The notes below the pieces were generated by a model. That model saw only the letters and a program-made list of their open reading frames with translations, ran no database searches and was not told the DNA's origin. Positions 1 to 12,441 of a stretch of DNA of 64,000 nucleotides are shown here, piece by piece (the stretch's first letter is position 1; each line of letters begins with the position of its first letter). The position numbers were made by a program, and so were the translations under genes. Source of the DNA: an uncultured bacterium (lineage in GTDB: Bacteria; Margulisbacteria; WOR-1; CAVSGV01); NCBI GenBank assembly GCA_963768305.1, contig CAVYHE010000003.1, positions 64,001 to 128,000 of the forward strand, read 5' to 3'.

Positions 1-681
1 TCCGGACATCATCGAGCAGATATTGAAAGGAATGGCGGAGGGCTGCAGGCAGGCCGGCTGCGCGCTTATCGGCGGGGAAACGGCGGAAATGTCCGACCTG
101 TATGGAAAAGGCGAGTACGACCTGGCGGGTTTCGCCGTCGGGATCGTTGACAAGAAAAATATCATCAACGGCAGAAGCATCAAGATCGGCGACGCAATCA
201 TCGGGCTTCCTTCATCCGGGCTTCACAGCAACGGATATACGCTTGCCCGGAAAGTGCTTTTTGGATCGGCCGGATTCAATGTTAACAGCCACGTCAGCGG
301 ACTGAGCGTCTCCATCGGAGAGGCGCTTCTCGAACCAACGATCATTTACGCCAAGACCATCCTTAAAGTCATCGATAAAATAAAGATAAAAGGCATCGCT
401 CATATCACGGGCGGAGGGCTGCCGGAAAATGTCGGCAGGATACTGCCGAAAGGGGACAAAAGCGGTCATCGACAGTTCAGCGTGGAAAGCGCCGAAGATA
501 TTCAATGTCATAAAAGAGCACGGCAATATCGCCGACAACGAGATGTTCAAGGCGTTCAATATGGGGATCGGCATGGTCCTGGTCGCCGACAGGAAAGATG
601 CGGACGGCCGCGACAAAGCTGTCAAAGGGCATTATTATCGGAGAGATAAAAAAAGGTTCCGGCGAGGTGGAGATACACTGA
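1..681 (+). CDS. purM: Phosphoribosylformylglycinamidine cyclo-ligase, 3' part (5' end outside window; apparent frameshifts)
   Basis: Motifs CALIGGETAEM, SSGLHSNGY, AHITGGGL in ORF 23..649. FNMGIGMVL continues in the frame of ORF 429. Probable stop TGA at 679-681 overlaps the purN ATG. Confidence 0.9.
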
Positions 682-1283
682 TGTTGAAAATAGGCGTTCT
701 TGTTTCGGGAAGAGGATCCAACCTTCAGGCGATCATCGACGCCGTCTCTGCAAAAAGGATCAAGGCCGAGATCGCCGTTGTCATAAGCAATGTTCCGGGC
801 GTCGCGGCGCTGGACAGGGCGAAGAAACACGGGATCAAAGCGGTCGTTATCGATCATACGGAGCACAGCGATAAGTCCTCATATGAAAAACAGGTTATCG
901 AAACGCTTGAAGGGGCAGGGGTTGGGCTGGTATGCCTAGCTGGTTATATGAAACTTTTGTCGCCTGAGTTCGTCAGGCATTTCCGGGGCCACATCATGAA
1001 CATACATCCCGCTCTTTTGCCGGCATTTCCCGGGCTTCACGTCCAGAGGGCTGCGCTTCAATATGGAGTGAAATTTTCCGGATGCACCGTGCATTTCGTC
1101 GATGAGGGCTGCGATACCGGGCCTATCATCATTCAGGCGGTTGTGCCCGTGCTGGATGATGACACGGAGGAAACACTGTCGGCAAGGATACTGGAGCAGG
1201 AGCACAGGATATATCCGGAGGCAGTGCGTCTTTTTGCCGAAGGAAAATTAAAGATCGAAGGGCGAAGGGTAAAGATAATCTGA
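681..1283 (+). CDS. purN: Phosphoribosylglycinamide formyltransferase
   Basis: MLKIGVLVSGRGSNLQAI...NIHPALLPAFPG...GCTVHFVDEGCDTGPII. ATG at 681 preceded by GAGGTGG. Confidence 0.95.
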   Translation: MLKIGVLVSGRGSNLQAIIDAVSAKRIKAEIAVVISNVPGVAALDRAKKHGIKAVVIDHTEHSDKSSYEKQVIETLEGAGVGLVCLAGYMKLLSPEFVRHFRGHIMNIHPALLPAFPGLHVQRAALQYGVKFSGCTVHFVDEGCDTGPIIIQAVVPVLDDDTEETLSARILEQEHRIYPEAVRLFAEGKLKIEGRRVKII

Positions 1284-1302
1284 TATCAGAAAGGCGGCTA
1301 AC

Positions 1303-2860
1303 ATGAAAAATAAAAAACTGGCTTTGATATCCGTTTCCGACAAGACCGGCTTGATACCGTTCGCGAAAGGGTTGAAAAGTCTCAAATATGACATCGTGTC
1401 CACAGGAGGGACAGCTGAACATTTAAGGCAGGGGAAAATAAAGGTCATAGAGGTCCCGGAGCTGACGGGATATCCGAAAATGCTGGACGGAAGGGTAAAA
1501 AGCCTGCATCCGGCCATTTTCGGGGGCATTCTCGCGGACCGCAGCAAAAAAAATCACTTAAAGGACCTGAAGACCTATAATATCCGCCTGATAGACATTG
1601 TCGTCTGCAACCTTTATCCGTTCGAGCAGGTCATATCAAAGCCGAAATTCGCGCACGAGGAAGCCATAGAGAACATCGATATCGGCGGGCCGAGCATGGT
1701 GCGGGCGGCCGCAAAAAATTATAAGGACGTCGCGATTATCGTGGATCCCGCGGATTACGAACCGGTATTGAAAGAACTTAAGAAAAAAGGCAAGCTTTCA
1801 ATCCAGACGAAAGAAACGCTCGCAGGAAAGGCTTTTTCCCATACAAAAAGATATGATTCGCGCATCTCGCTTTATTTCGCGGGACGGCAGAAACATGAAT
1901 CATCCGCATGCCTGACCAATGACATGGATATTTTCCTGGAGAAGATCCAGGACCTGCGATACGGGGAGAACCCCCATCAGAAAGCGGCATTTTACAGGGA
2001 GTTGGGCAAGCCGGGCGATACCACGAACATGAAACAGATCCACGGCAAGGAGCTTTCGTTCAATAATATCTATGACATCGATTCAGCATGGGCTATAGTG
2101 AAGTATTTCGCCCTGCCGACGGTCGCCATCGATAAAACATACGAATCCGTGCGGCGTGGGTCAGGCCGATAAAATATCACACGCTTTCAGGAAGGCGTTC
2201 GCATCGGACACAGTTTCGGCGTACGGCAGCATTATCGCTGCGAACAGGGTGGTTGACGAGGAAATGGTCAAGGCGATGGGAGGGCTTTTCGTGGAAGCTA
2301 TAGCCGCTCCGTCGTTCGAAAAAAAAGCCCTTAAACTGCTGAAAAAAAGAGAGAACATACGCCTCCTGGAAATGGGCAATGAGGCGCTCTCGAGCAAATG
2401 GAGAGGGTGTGATTTCAAGAGAGTGAAGGGCGGCTTCCTTGTGCAGGAGCCGGACCTTCTGGAGCTGAGCATTGCCGACATAAAGGTGGTATCAAAGAAA
2501 CAGCCCACAGTGGCTGAGCTTGAGGACCTTTTCTTTGCGTGGGGTGTCGTGAAATTCGTCAAGTCGAACGCCATAGTCGTAGCCAAAGGCAAGCAGACGC
2601 TTGGCGTGGGGGCAGGGCAGATGAGCAGGGTGGATTCCGTGAATATCGCGATAGAAAAAGCCGGGACATTGTCGAAGAATGCGGTCCTTGCATCGGACGC
2701 GTTCTTCCCGTTCAGGGATTCAATAGATCTGGCCGCCAAGGCCGGCATATCGGCCGTTATCGAGACCGGCGGCTCCATAAGGGACCCGGAAGTCATTGCC
2801 GCGGCGAACGAACACAATATCGCGCTTGTATTTACCGGGAGAAGGCATTTCAAGCATTAA
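1303..2860 (+). CDS. purH: Bifunctional AICAR transformylase/IMP cyclohydrolase (one frameshift near 2130-2160)
   Basis: ALISVSDKTG, GRVKSLHP, IDIGGPSMVRAAAKN, LRYGENPHQ in ORF 1303..2172. KSNAIV, GAGQMSRVDS, ASDAFFPF, TGRRHFKH in ORF 2156..2860. Confidence 0.95.
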
Positions 2861-2870
2861 AAGATAAGAG

Positions 2871-5016
2871 ATGAAGAGATATCGAGATGAAAAAGGCCCG
2901 ACACTGAAGTGTCGGATAATTTTAACAGCGGCTTTGGTCGCGGGTCTTTTTCTGCCGCTTCCCTGCTTTGCCGATAATGATGTCGCCATATCCGTTAACG
3001 GCAGCAACATCCACCAGGACGAATTTGATTATATTTTCAAGAACGCCACTGTCGGTATCAATGATGAGGATGTGCTTGAACAAAAAAGAAAAGAGCTTAT
3101 CGACAGCCTCATAGACAGCCAGCTGTACATTCAGGAAGCCAAAAGGCGCGGGATAACCGCAAGGATGTTCGCGGGCGAAGAGGAAATAGACGAACTGCTT
3201 CTGGCGAATCCCGTGCCTACTTCCGAAGAAAAAGCCGCGCGCGACAGGGCTGAGCGGATCATATTGAAATACAAGGAAAGCCAGATACTTCCCTTAAAGG
3301 TCATGTCCGCCCTTAGAGAGGATATCTCTGAGGATGATGTGAATGTGATGGAGGAATATTATAAGAGAGCGGATAAGATCAGGATCAAATATATAAAGGT
3401 CGATCCATATGCTATTGCTGATGACATGGAGATATCCGAGGGTGATATCAAGGACTATTACAGGAGCCACGGCGACCAGTTCAAAAAGCCGGCGGTGAAG
3501 AGATACAGGATATTGTATTTCGATCCGGCCGATTACGTTACCCAGGTCAATCTGACGCCTTCGAGGGAGCTCGAATATTACAACAGCCATTGGAACGATA
3601 TTCAAAGCGACAAGCAGGTAGGACGTGAAATATGTCCTTTTCAGGCCGAAGGATTATATCGACCAGCTTATCGACCTTGGCGTCAACACGAGGCAGTATT
3701 ATCAGGAGAACCTGGATAATTTTTTTGAGCCCGCCGAGGCAAAGATCAGGATGATCTCGCTGAAAAAGCCGCTGGACCAAAAAAAGCTCCATGACCTGCA
3801 GAACGAGATTAAACATTGGGCCTCGTTCTCCGAGCTGGCAAAGAAATATTCCGACGATACCTTTACCGCCGCGAACGGCGGGGATATGGGGATAATAAAA
3901 AAAGGACAGCTGAAAGAGCCTTTCAACAGCATTGTGTTCGCAATGCAGCCAGGGGGGATAAGTGAACCGGTAGAATCTGACAATGAATATGATATTTTTT
4001 ATGTTGAACAGAAAAAAGAAGGTTATATCCAGCCATTCGATGAAGTGAAGGGGAAGATAGAGGAGCAGCTTCTTTCAGATGCCGCGGACCCCCTCGCACT
4101 GGCGGATGCCAAAAGGTTCAAAGTTGAGGCAAAAAAATACGGTTTCGAGAGATGCGCTGCGAACAGGAAATTCACGGTTTACGAGACCGGCCTTTTCGGC
4201 GTCAATGACAGGATACCCGCTTTTCCCGACGATCAGCTGTTCAAAAGAACGGCGCTTGGCCTCGGCTCCGGGGAGGTGAGCGATGAAATATCCTGCGGCG
4301 GAGCCTATGTCGTACTGGAAGCGTTCGATGTCCGCAACGGCATTCCGCGGTCCTTCAACTTGACATCCCCGGAAGTCGCGGAAAAGATCATTCACGAGGA
4401 TTCGTCCGCTTATGCCGCGTCAGATGCGGGCTTTGCGCTTAAGCTTCTTTCCGGAAATACATCATTTGATGAGCTGAAGAAAAGGGTGAAATTCCATGAT
4501 TCTATCTCTGATTCGCCCACATTTGAAAGCGCCGCGAAGGATCAAAGCGTGATCAAAGCCGGGGAGGGCTTCTGCATAGCGCTGCCTTATGATGAAGAGG
4601 CCGCTTATGTTCTTCCTTTTGAACAGGTGGCCGCGCAAGCTGCTTCAGATGCGGTCCTGGAAAAAGCTGACAAAATCGCTGAAGCAAAAGCTGCCCAGAT
4701 CCTGGCATCCGGCGAGGTAACTACCGAAGCTGCCACAGATGCTGTCTTTGCAAGAGGAGATTATGTCGTGAACAAGGAATATGTCCGTCCTTTGATAGAG
4801 CAATGCTCGGAAATGCAAGAGGGGCAGACCGGCATCATAAAAAGTTCCGGAAGATATTATGTCGTCCATGTCCTTCAGCAAGCGATGGAAATTCCCGGAT
4901 ACAAGGATGACAACGCTGTGATAAAATCGGAAGTGCTGAAAGAAAAAAGGGCGGAATATATAAAGGATTGGCTGAACAAGGAGAGAGAGAAGGCACAGGT
5001 CCAGATCAATATATGA
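2871..5016 (+). CDS. Exported SurA/PpiD-like peptidyl-prolyl isomerase/chaperone (frameshift near 3625)
   Basis: Signal peptide, SurA-N-like region (ELIDSLIDSQLYIQEAKRRGI), parvulin motif FSELAKKYSDD..NGGDMG..F..PGGISEPVES. Two overlapping ORFs. Confidence 0.8.
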
Positions 5017-6134
5017 AGAAACTGGTTCTATCAACGATATTCATCTTTTTATTTTGCCGCGTTGCGGGGGCGACAAGCATTGAAACGGCGCATTTTTCCG
5101 ATAATGAATTATCCACCGGCGTTGTTTCGTTAAATTTGGACAGTTTCCATGTGGATACTGCTTACGGATTAACTCTCAATGCGGATCTTTCCGGAAAAAA
5201 TTACGGTTTAGAATCAATTGTGAACAGGTATATGGAATATGATAACGGAAGGTTCGGCATCAGATATGCTCCAATTGAGGACATGAGTTTCGGCTGCGGG
5301 CTGCTCTTGAACGACCTGAGCACCGCGTATTCCCAGCCGGCATTCCTCACGAACGACCAGAGCGGCCTGCGCGTCTATTATGATTTTGACAGCTTTGTAC
5401 TTGAAGCCATAGGGACATATTCCCATCTTTACGGGGTGAGAATGAAAAATATTAAATTGCTTAATTTGGATCTTGGCTTTGAATGTGTTGGCGATGCCGG
5501 AGCGGCAACAAGGGAAGGATACGGAAGCCGGCTTACGGGCGGATACGCGGAACTTCCTGTCACGGATATGATAAGCCTGTTCGCGGAAGGCGGCAGTTCT
5601 TCGAACGGGGGAGAGGGGAGCATGGCAGGGGTTTCCGCGGATTACGACCTGATATTCGCTTTCGCCAGGATGACCGCCGCATCTGTTTCAATGAACAACA
5701 AATTCATTCCCGGCTATTTCACGGCGGGATATGAAACGGATCCTGTCGATCTTACTTCACTTGAAGCGGACGACTCGCAAAGATACGGGACGATGTTCAA
5801 TTTCGATGTAGGGATACTTGGTTTCATAGCTTTTAATTATTGCAATGAAAATTATAAGGACGGCGGCAGCGCAAATTCCGGAAGCTTCCTTATTTCACCT
5901 CTGGACAGATTGAATATCACAGGGTTCATAAAGGAATTTTCATTCTCGGATTTCAGGCCTATTCAAGGGCAAGATTCCAATATTCTCGGCGGTACAATCG
6001 ATTACAAGCTGGTGAACGGCCTTTACGCTTCGTTGAATTATAAAAAATCGCTGGCTAATCCAGAGCTGGGTCTTGAAAGCGATCCGCTGAAACCGGTTGA
6101 GACCTGGTATTTCAAGCTCGGCTATCAATTTTGA
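5013..6134 (+). CDS. Hypothetical secreted protein, probable outer-membrane beta-barrel
   Basis: MKKLVLSTIFIFLFCRVAGA signal peptide. C-terminal WYFKLGYQF ends in Phe, typical of outer-membrane proteins. Confidence 0.6.
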   Translation: MKKLVLSTIFIFLFCRVAGATSIETAHFSDNELSTGVVSLNLDSFHVDTAYGLTLNADLSGKNYGLESIVNRYMEYDNGRFGIRYAPIEDMSFGCGLLLNDLSTAYSQPAFLTNDQSGLRVYYDFDSFVLEAIGTYSHLYGVRMKNIKLLNLDLGFECVGDAGAATREGYGSRLTGGYAELPVTDMISLFAEGGSSSNGGEGSMAGVSADYDLIFAFARMTAASVSMNNKFIPGYFTAGYETDPVDLTSLEADDSQRYGTMFNFDVGILGFIAFNYCNENYKDGGSANSGSFLISPLDRLNITGFIKEFSFSDFRPIQGQDSNILGGTIDYKLVNGLYASLNYKKSLANPELGLESDPLKPVETWYFKLGYQF

Positions 6135-6695
6135 CGGAACCTTTTCTTAATATCTGAAGTTTTCCGTTTGTGACTGCAATAACCGATGAAGGCGCGCCAA
6201 TTTTACATTTCCCGCCGTCGATCTTCAGATCGACCCCTTTAAGTCTTTTTAACTGATCGGCCGATACGGCAGGCTTTTCCCCTGAAATGTTCGCGGATGT
6301 CACCGCAAGCGCGCCGCCTGCTTTTTTTATCAAAGCCAGAGCGATCCTGTTTTTCGGCATCCTTATCCCGATCGACGGCAATCCGGCGGTCAGAAAATCA
6401 GGGACCGATCTCTTTTTTTGAATATCAGTGTCAGCGGGCCCGGCCAATGCTTGGCGATCAATTTTCTCGCGGCAGGGGGAATATCAGCAGCGAATTTGGA
6501 GGCCATACTTTTTGAGCTTATCAATAGCGCGACGGGCTTATGCTTTTCTCTTTTCTTGATATTGTAAAGTTTGCGAACCGCCTTTTTGTCGAACGGCATA
6601 GCCGCTATCCCGTAAACGGTGTCAGTGGGAAAAGCCACGATCCCGCCGGCTTTCAATATATGAACAGCTGATCTTATCAATTTCCTGTCTCTCAT
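6112..6695 (-). CDS. tsaC: L-threonylcarbamoyladenylate synthase (Sua5/YrdC), frameshift near 6410
   Basis: GGIVAFPTDTVYG and HWPGPLTLI in ORF 6390..6695. IGIRMP and TSANISGE in ORF 6112..6447. Confidence 0.9.
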
Positions 6696-6751
6696 CTCTT
6701 ATCTCCGATCTCTCTTCCCTTATTATATGTAATGGAATTTCATGCGGCAAG

Positions 6752-6779
6752 GTGAAATTTCGGTCAAAAAATTACGATA
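6752..6779 (+). promoter_or_regulatory. Putative alternative-sigma promoter GTGAAATTT-N13-ACGATA (copy 1)
   Basis: Same two boxes with identical 13-nt spacing at 31795-31822(-) and 48613-48640(-), each upstream of an orphan ORF. Confidence 0.6.
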
Positions 6780-6845
6780 CGTATTCAGAAGGAAATTCGC
6801 GGCTCAGTAAGCCTTTTTTGGGAAAAACTTAAAGGAATAGTCATT

Positions 6846-7289
6846 ATGCCGGTTGACATACGAATAGACAGTTTATCAAAGATCGACAGTTTATCTAACG
6901 GATCTTCGACCGCGTATAAAGGGAGATGTCAGGTGAATGATTTTGCCAGTTCGACCAAAGGCACTTCCGGGCGCGCTCAGGTAAAACTCTACGGGAAGAT
7001 CGGTCTTTCAAACGCGGCCGTTGATTCCGTTGATATCGATATAGATGTTAAAGGCAGTTTGTATATTACGTCTGTCAAGGAAGTCAAATTGAACATCGCG
7101 GACATCAAGAAAAGGCATTATGTATTATCCGGCACGATGCCGCCGCAAGAAGGCAGCGATCCGGAGAAAACGGATATATTCACAGGTAGCTCCGATGAAG
7201 GGTCCGCTTACATTATTTTCAATAAGGAACATAAGGCCATTAAAAGGATATGGATCGTGGATTTTGGGATAAGTGAAAAGACAAAATAA
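6846..7289 (+). CDS. Hypothetical (orphan) protein
   Basis: 147-aa ORF with AAGGA RBS, fills the intergenic space. No recognisable family. Confidence 0.6.
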   Translation: MPVDIRIDSLSKIDSLSNGSSTAYKGRCQVNDFASSTKGTSGRAQVKLYGKIGLSNAAVDSVDIDIDVKGSLYITSVKEVKLNIADIKKRHYVLSGTMPPQEGSDPEKTDIFTGSSDEGSAYIIFNKEHKAIKRIWIVDFGISEKTK

Positions 7290-7406
7290 CTTTCATGTCA
7301 GAGTGCCGCTGCATTTCCTCTAAACCTCTTCTAACATCCATTTAATTGCCTCTTCAGCACAGGGCTGTATAATAATTAAAAATATGATAATATTAGGTCC
7401 ATCTAA

Positions 7407-8628
7407 ATGAAAAAAGCTTTATTTTGTTTGTCGATTATAATCTTTGTCTGCGCAACTGCTTATTCCCTGACATGGGACCAGGTGACTGACATAGGGTTGA
7501 AGAACAGCCACGACCTTATTTCCGCACAAAAACAGCTTGAATCGTCAGAATGGTCTTTCAGGAAATCATATTCCACATTCCTGCCGCAGATCTCGGGGAA
7601 TGTCGGGTTACGGACAGGACCTGATAACAGAAGGCAATCCGCAGACTTATTCTCTTGGTCTTTCTGCAAAAGAGAATCTTTTCCAGGGTATGGCGGATAT
7701 TTACGGCGTCCAATCCGCTTATGCCAGCCTTGAATTCCAGCGCGCTTCTTACCAGGCCTCAAAGGCGTCGGTATTGTACAATCTCAGGTCCGCTTTCGTG
7801 AATCTTATCACCGCCCAGAACAACGTTGACCTGCTTACCTTGATCCTTCAGCAGAGGCAGCAGAACACGAAAATGATACAGCTTAGTTATGACGGAGGGA
7901 ATGAGGACAAAGGCAACCTTCTTTCAACGCAGGCAAGCGAGGCGTCGGCAAGGTACGACCTGGTCGCGGCCAAAAGGGCGCTTGATATCGCTAAGCTGCA
8001 GCTATCGCAGCTGATGGGACAGGACGCATCCGGAGAGGTGCAAGACGTGCAGCCGTCATCTGCAGAGGCCGTCGACATACATACGCTTGCCACGCAGGCC
8101 CCTGCCTATATTGAAGCAAAAAAGACATATGAAATAGCCGATCTCGCCCAGAAGTCAGCTATTTCAGGATTCCTTCCGACCATTTCTGCGAACTACAGCG
8201 ACTCCAAGACCGGGGCCAACTGGCCGCCTGATACGGCATCCAAATCATGGGGGCTTAACCTTTCATACGACTTTTTTCCGGGGGGAAGCAACATAGCGGA
8301 CTGGGCCATATCTTCGGCGGCGGCGGACAGCGCAAAAGAGCAAATGTATCAGTCGTTAAATAACCTGGTACTTAACCTGAAGCAGGCTTATGAGAATTAC
8401 AGGGATTCGATGGACGCCCTGGATGTTGCCAAGCTCCAGCTGGCAGCTGACACGGAAAGAGCTAATATATCGACGGCAAAATACCTTGACGGGCTCATGT
8501 CATATGATGACTGGTCGGTGATACAAAATTCTTACATTCAATCTCAAAAAGGTGTAGTGAACGCCAAACAGGCGGCACTGCTGGCCGAAGCCGCCTGGCG
8601 AAATGCATATGGAGGGTGGGTGAAGTAA
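7407..8628 (+). CDS. TolC family outer-membrane efflux protein (frameshift near 7610)
   Basis: Signal peptide, two OEP repeats (S.FLPQIS / SGFLPTIS), located upstream of the adaptor and ABC genes. Confidence 0.85.
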
Positions 8629-8672
8629 GTGGCTAGTTGTCAGATATCAATAATTAGGAGGAGAATGATAAT

Positions 8673-9623
8673 ATGAAAAAAGCAGGCTTTTTAATTTTAG
8701 CGGTTATGGTGTTGGTGATCATTTCAGGATGCGGGCAAAAACCAAAGAAATCGCTCGAGGTTATCCAGGTCACGAAAGGCACGATACAAGCGCTGGTCTC
8801 CACCACAGGGACGGTTGCGCCGTACCACAGGCTGGAGATCATGCCGCCGATATCCGGAAGGATCGATTCTGTGCTCGTGGCGGAAGGCGACGTGGTGAAA
8901 AAAGGGCAGATACTTGCCATGATGAGTTCTTCCGATAGGGCAGCGCTTCTGGACGCTGCTCGCGCAAAAGGTGCGGCGGAGTATAAGAAGTGGGCGGATG
9001 TTTACAAGCCTGCTCCTATAATAGCGCCGCTGGATGGTTTCATAATCCTGAAGAGCATTGTACCCGGTCAGACCGTTACCAACGCATATTCGGTCCTTTC
9101 AATGGCCGATATGCTTATAGTGCAAGCGCAGGTGGATGAGACGGACCTCGGGAATGTTTCTCTGGGTCAGTCGGTGGACATGCAGCTTGATGCTTATCCC
9201 GGAAAGATCATAAAAGGGAAAGTGGCGCATATAGAATATGACGCCCAGATCGTGAATAACGTGACGATATACGTTGTGTACGTCATGCCGGTCAAAGTGC
9301 CTCCTTATTTCCGTTCAGGAATGAGCGCGACGGTCGATTTTATCACGCAGGAAAAAGACAATGTCCTGCTTATCCCGATAAGAGCCATCAAACAGATCGG
9401 GCCAACAACTTATGCCTTCCAGTATGACAACGGCTCAAAAACAGCAAAGCCGATACAGATAAAAACTGGCCTTCAGGACGCCAACAATGCCGAGCTTATT
9501 TCAGGTTTAAAGGAAGGCGACAAGATCGCTGTGCCCGACAAAACAATGATATCTGCGCTAGAAGCGCAGACAAGCAGAAGACCCAGAGGCATAGGTAACC
9601 CGTTCCAGAGAAAAACCCAATGA
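8673..9623 (+). CDS. MacA-like periplasmic adaptor lipoprotein
   Basis: Lipobox ISGC, SGRIDSVLVAEGDVVKKGQILA, QVDETD, RSGMSA. Confidence 0.9.
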   Translation: MKKAGFLILAVMVLVIISGCGQKPKKSLEVIQVTKGTIQALVSTTGTVAPYHRLEIMPPISGRIDSVLVAEGDVVKKGQILAMMSSSDRAALLDAARAKGAAEYKKWADVYKPAPIIAPLDGFIILKSIVPGQTVTNAYSVLSMADMLIVQAQVDETDLGNVSLGQSVDMQLDAYPGKIIKGKVAHIEYDAQIVNNVTIYVVYVMPVKVPPYFRSGMSATVDFITQEKDNVLLIPIRAIKQIGPTTYAFQYDNGSKTAKPIQIKTGLQDANNAELISGLKEGDKIAVPDKTMISALEAQTSRRPRGIGNPFQRKTQ

Positions 9624-11582
9624 GCCTTATCGAGCTTAAAGATATCCACAAGACCTATTACATAGGCGGTACGATCCCGGTTTACGCCCTTCAGGGAGTT
9701 TCTTTGTCCATCGAACCGGGAGAATTTGTCGCGATAATGGGGCCTTCCGGTTCCGGCAAATCCACCATGCTTGCAGTACTTGGCCTCCTTGATAAAGCCG
9801 AAAAAGGCGAATACTGGCTTCTGAACAAGAATATCTCCTCCATGCAGGAAAGCGATTATGCCAGGTTCCGCAACAGGTTCTTCGGGTTCGTTTTCCAGAC
9901 GTTCAATCTTCTTACAAAGCTCAACGTCATCGAGAACGCCATGCTCCCGTTCCTGTATGCCTCGGAGGTTACAAAAGAAAAACGCGAGAAAGTCGTTGAG
10001 ACGCTCAAATATATCGGGCTTGGCGACCGGCTGAAGCATAAATCCAATGAGCTTTCCGGCGGGCAGCAGCAAAGGGTCGCGCTCGGCAGGGCGCTTTCCA
10101 ACGATCCGATAGTGATACTTGCGGATGAGCCCACGGGAAATCTTGATTCAAAATCATCATACGAAATAATGAAGATATTCAAGGACCTTAACGCGGCGGG
10201 AAACACCATTATAATGGTGACGCATGAGCCGGACATTGCCGCGTTCGCTTCACGCGTCCTGGTGCTTCAGGACGGTAAAATAGTTTCCGACAAAAAGCAG
10301 GGCGAGTTCATAAAGCGCGAGGTCCCGGAAATGCCCAAGGAAAAAGGCGGCCGCTCCCGCCTGTCTTTTTTCGTGGACCTGAGGAACTACATAATAGAAG
10401 CGCTCAATTCGATCGCCAACAATAAACTCCGGTCCTTTCTTTCGATCCTCGGCGTCATGATAGGCGTCGCGGCGGTCATAACAATGCTGGCTCTCGGCAC
10501 CGGCGCCAGAATGAGCATGGAGAAGACGCATGTCGTCGCTGGGAACGAACCTTCTGACCATCCGCATGCAGAGGAGCCAGGGCGGAATATCTTTGGGGAT
10601 GGATACGTCCACCCGGTTCGATTTTAACGACCTTGCGGCGCTGCAGAAGATAGACACTCTGCAGTATGTGGTGCCTTATGTGCAGGGACGAGGCCAGGCG
10701 GTGAGCCAGGACAAGAATTGGAGCACCACGGTAATCGGCACTTCGGTGGATTTTCCAAAGGCCCGCGCCATGAACATACAGATGGGCAGGTACTTTACGG
10801 CTGCGGAAGCGAACAGCCGCGCAAAGGTGGCGGTGCTCGGGCAGACGGTGATTGACCAGCTGTACGGCGGGGCTAATCCGGTAGGGCAGATGATAAAGAT
10901 CAACAGGGTGGATTTCAATGTCATCGGCGTATTTGAGCCGCTGGGCGGCGCGGGTTTCAATAATCCTGATGACAGGATAGTGATACCGATGAAGACCGCG
11001 ATGTACCGCCTGCTCGGGACGGATTACATATCATATTTTGATGTGACGGTGAAGAACAAGGATGATATGCAGGATGCGCAGGATTCGATAACCAATGAGA
11101 TAATGCGCCTGCATAAGATGACGGAGGCGCAGAGGCAGAGCATAAGCATATTCAATATGGCAGACATTCAGGCGGCGACCAATTCGGTCATAACAACGCT
11201 GTCACTGCTGCTGGGCGCCGTTGCTGCGGTGAGCTTGCTCGTTGGCGGCATCGGGATAATGAACATAATGCTTGTCATGGTCATGGAGAGGACGCACGAG
11301 ATCGGCCTTCGAAAAGCGCTTGGCGCGCAGAGAAGCGATATTCTTATCCAATTCTTGACGGAAGCGGTTTCGATCTGTTTCCTTGGCGGTATTCTGGGTA
11401 TTATTTTTGGATGCGTAATTTCGCTGCTTCTTTCATCGCTTGCCAACTGGACAACTTATATTTCCACGGGATCCGTTGTCCTTTCTTTCACGTTCTCGGT
11501 GCTTACCGGCGTGATATTCGGCCTATGGCCCGCGATGAGAGCTTCAAAAATGCTGCCGATAGAAGCTTTGAGGTACGAGTAG
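9620..11582 (+). CDS. MacB-like fused ABC ATPase/permease (frameshift near 10528)
   Basis: GPSGSGKST, LSGGQQQRV, ADEPTGNLD, then RSFLSILGVMIGVAAV and GGIGIMNIMLV..ERTHEIGLRKALGA..ALRYE. Confidence 0.9.
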
Positions 11583-11590
11583 GGAAAATT

Positions 11591-11944
11591 GAGCAGCCCT
11601 GTAAGCCGGATTCTGTGTTTGTGTAGTCATCTGTCTTGATCTGACATTACTGCCAGATTCTTTGCGGCCTACTCGAGATCATAACGCCACGCGCCGGCTT
11701 TCTCTGTTTGGCCTTGCTCCGGGTCGGGTTTTCAGCACCTGCAGTTGCCTGCATTGTGCGGGAGCTTTTACCTCCCGTTTTCACCATCGCTCTTGACCCT
11801 TTAGGGGCCGGTGAGCTGTGTACTTTCTGTTGCACTTTCCGTCCCCGATCTTCATCGGAGCCCAGCCGTTAGCTGGGACCCTGCGCTTTGGAGTCCGGAC
11901 TTTCCTCCCTCGACTTTACGTCGGGGCGACTACCCGGGCTGCTC
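11591..11944 (-). ncRNA. rnpB: RNase P RNA
   Basis: Minus strand reads GAGCAGCCC...GAGGAAAGTCCGG...GGAAAGTGCAACAGAAA...GAGCAAGGCCAAA...ACAGAATCCGGCTTAC...GGGCTGCTC. The ends pair as helix P1. Confidence 0.95.
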
Positions 11945-11960
11945 GATGGATATATTACAC

Positions 11961-12389
11961 TTATTTGATGAGTTTGAGAAGGGGCTTTGTTCTGTGGTGA
12001 AGGTCAATGCCTTCGTTCGCCATTTTGTCGGCATACTCGTTCTTTTCCCTTGTGACGTGTTTTATGGAGAATTCCTTCATCCTGTCGATCAATGTCAATA
12101 TGTGATAATGCAAAGGCACTAGATTCTCATGCTTTACCTTGTATTCTCCGTTAAGCTGCTTCACAAGGAGTTCGCTGTCAGAGAAAAAGTTTGCCGACCT
12201 GAAGCCTCTCATTAAGACCTCTTCCAGCCCCCTGATGAGAGAAAGATATTCAGCCACGTTGTTCGTGGCGCTGCCTATGTACGCGCCGATCTCTTCAATC
12301 ACTTTCGGCCCGTCCTTTATAACGACCCCGATCCCCGCGGGACCCGGGTTTCCGCGTGCCGCGCCGTCTATATAAACTTCTATCGCCAT
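11961..12389 (-). CDS. rnhA: Ribonuclease HI
   Basis: YIDGAARGNPGPAG, TNNVAEY, DSELLVKQ, NEYADKMAN. The start at 12389 has a TATACT box 6 nt upstream. Confidence 0.9.
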   Translation of the reverse strand: MAIEVYIDGAARGNPGPAGIGVVIKDGPKVIEEIGAYIGSATNNVAEYLSLIRGLEEVLMRGFRSANFFSDSELLVKQLNGEYKVKHENLVPLHYHILTLIDRMKEFSIKHVTREKNEYADKMANEGIDLHHRTKPLLKLIK

Positions 12390-12441
12390 GGCGAAAGTAT
12401 ACCATATTGTCTTGCCCTCTGAAATACTGTAAAATCGCCTT

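Noticed and set aside
429..1283. PurM-PurN fusion ORF
   Set aside because: Created by frameshifts in purM. purN has its own RBS and ATG at 681.
6738..7297. TTTCATG on both sides of orphan gene 6846 as a target-site duplication
   Set aside because: Only 7 bp in AT-rich DNA, not distinguishable from chance without an empty-site comparison.
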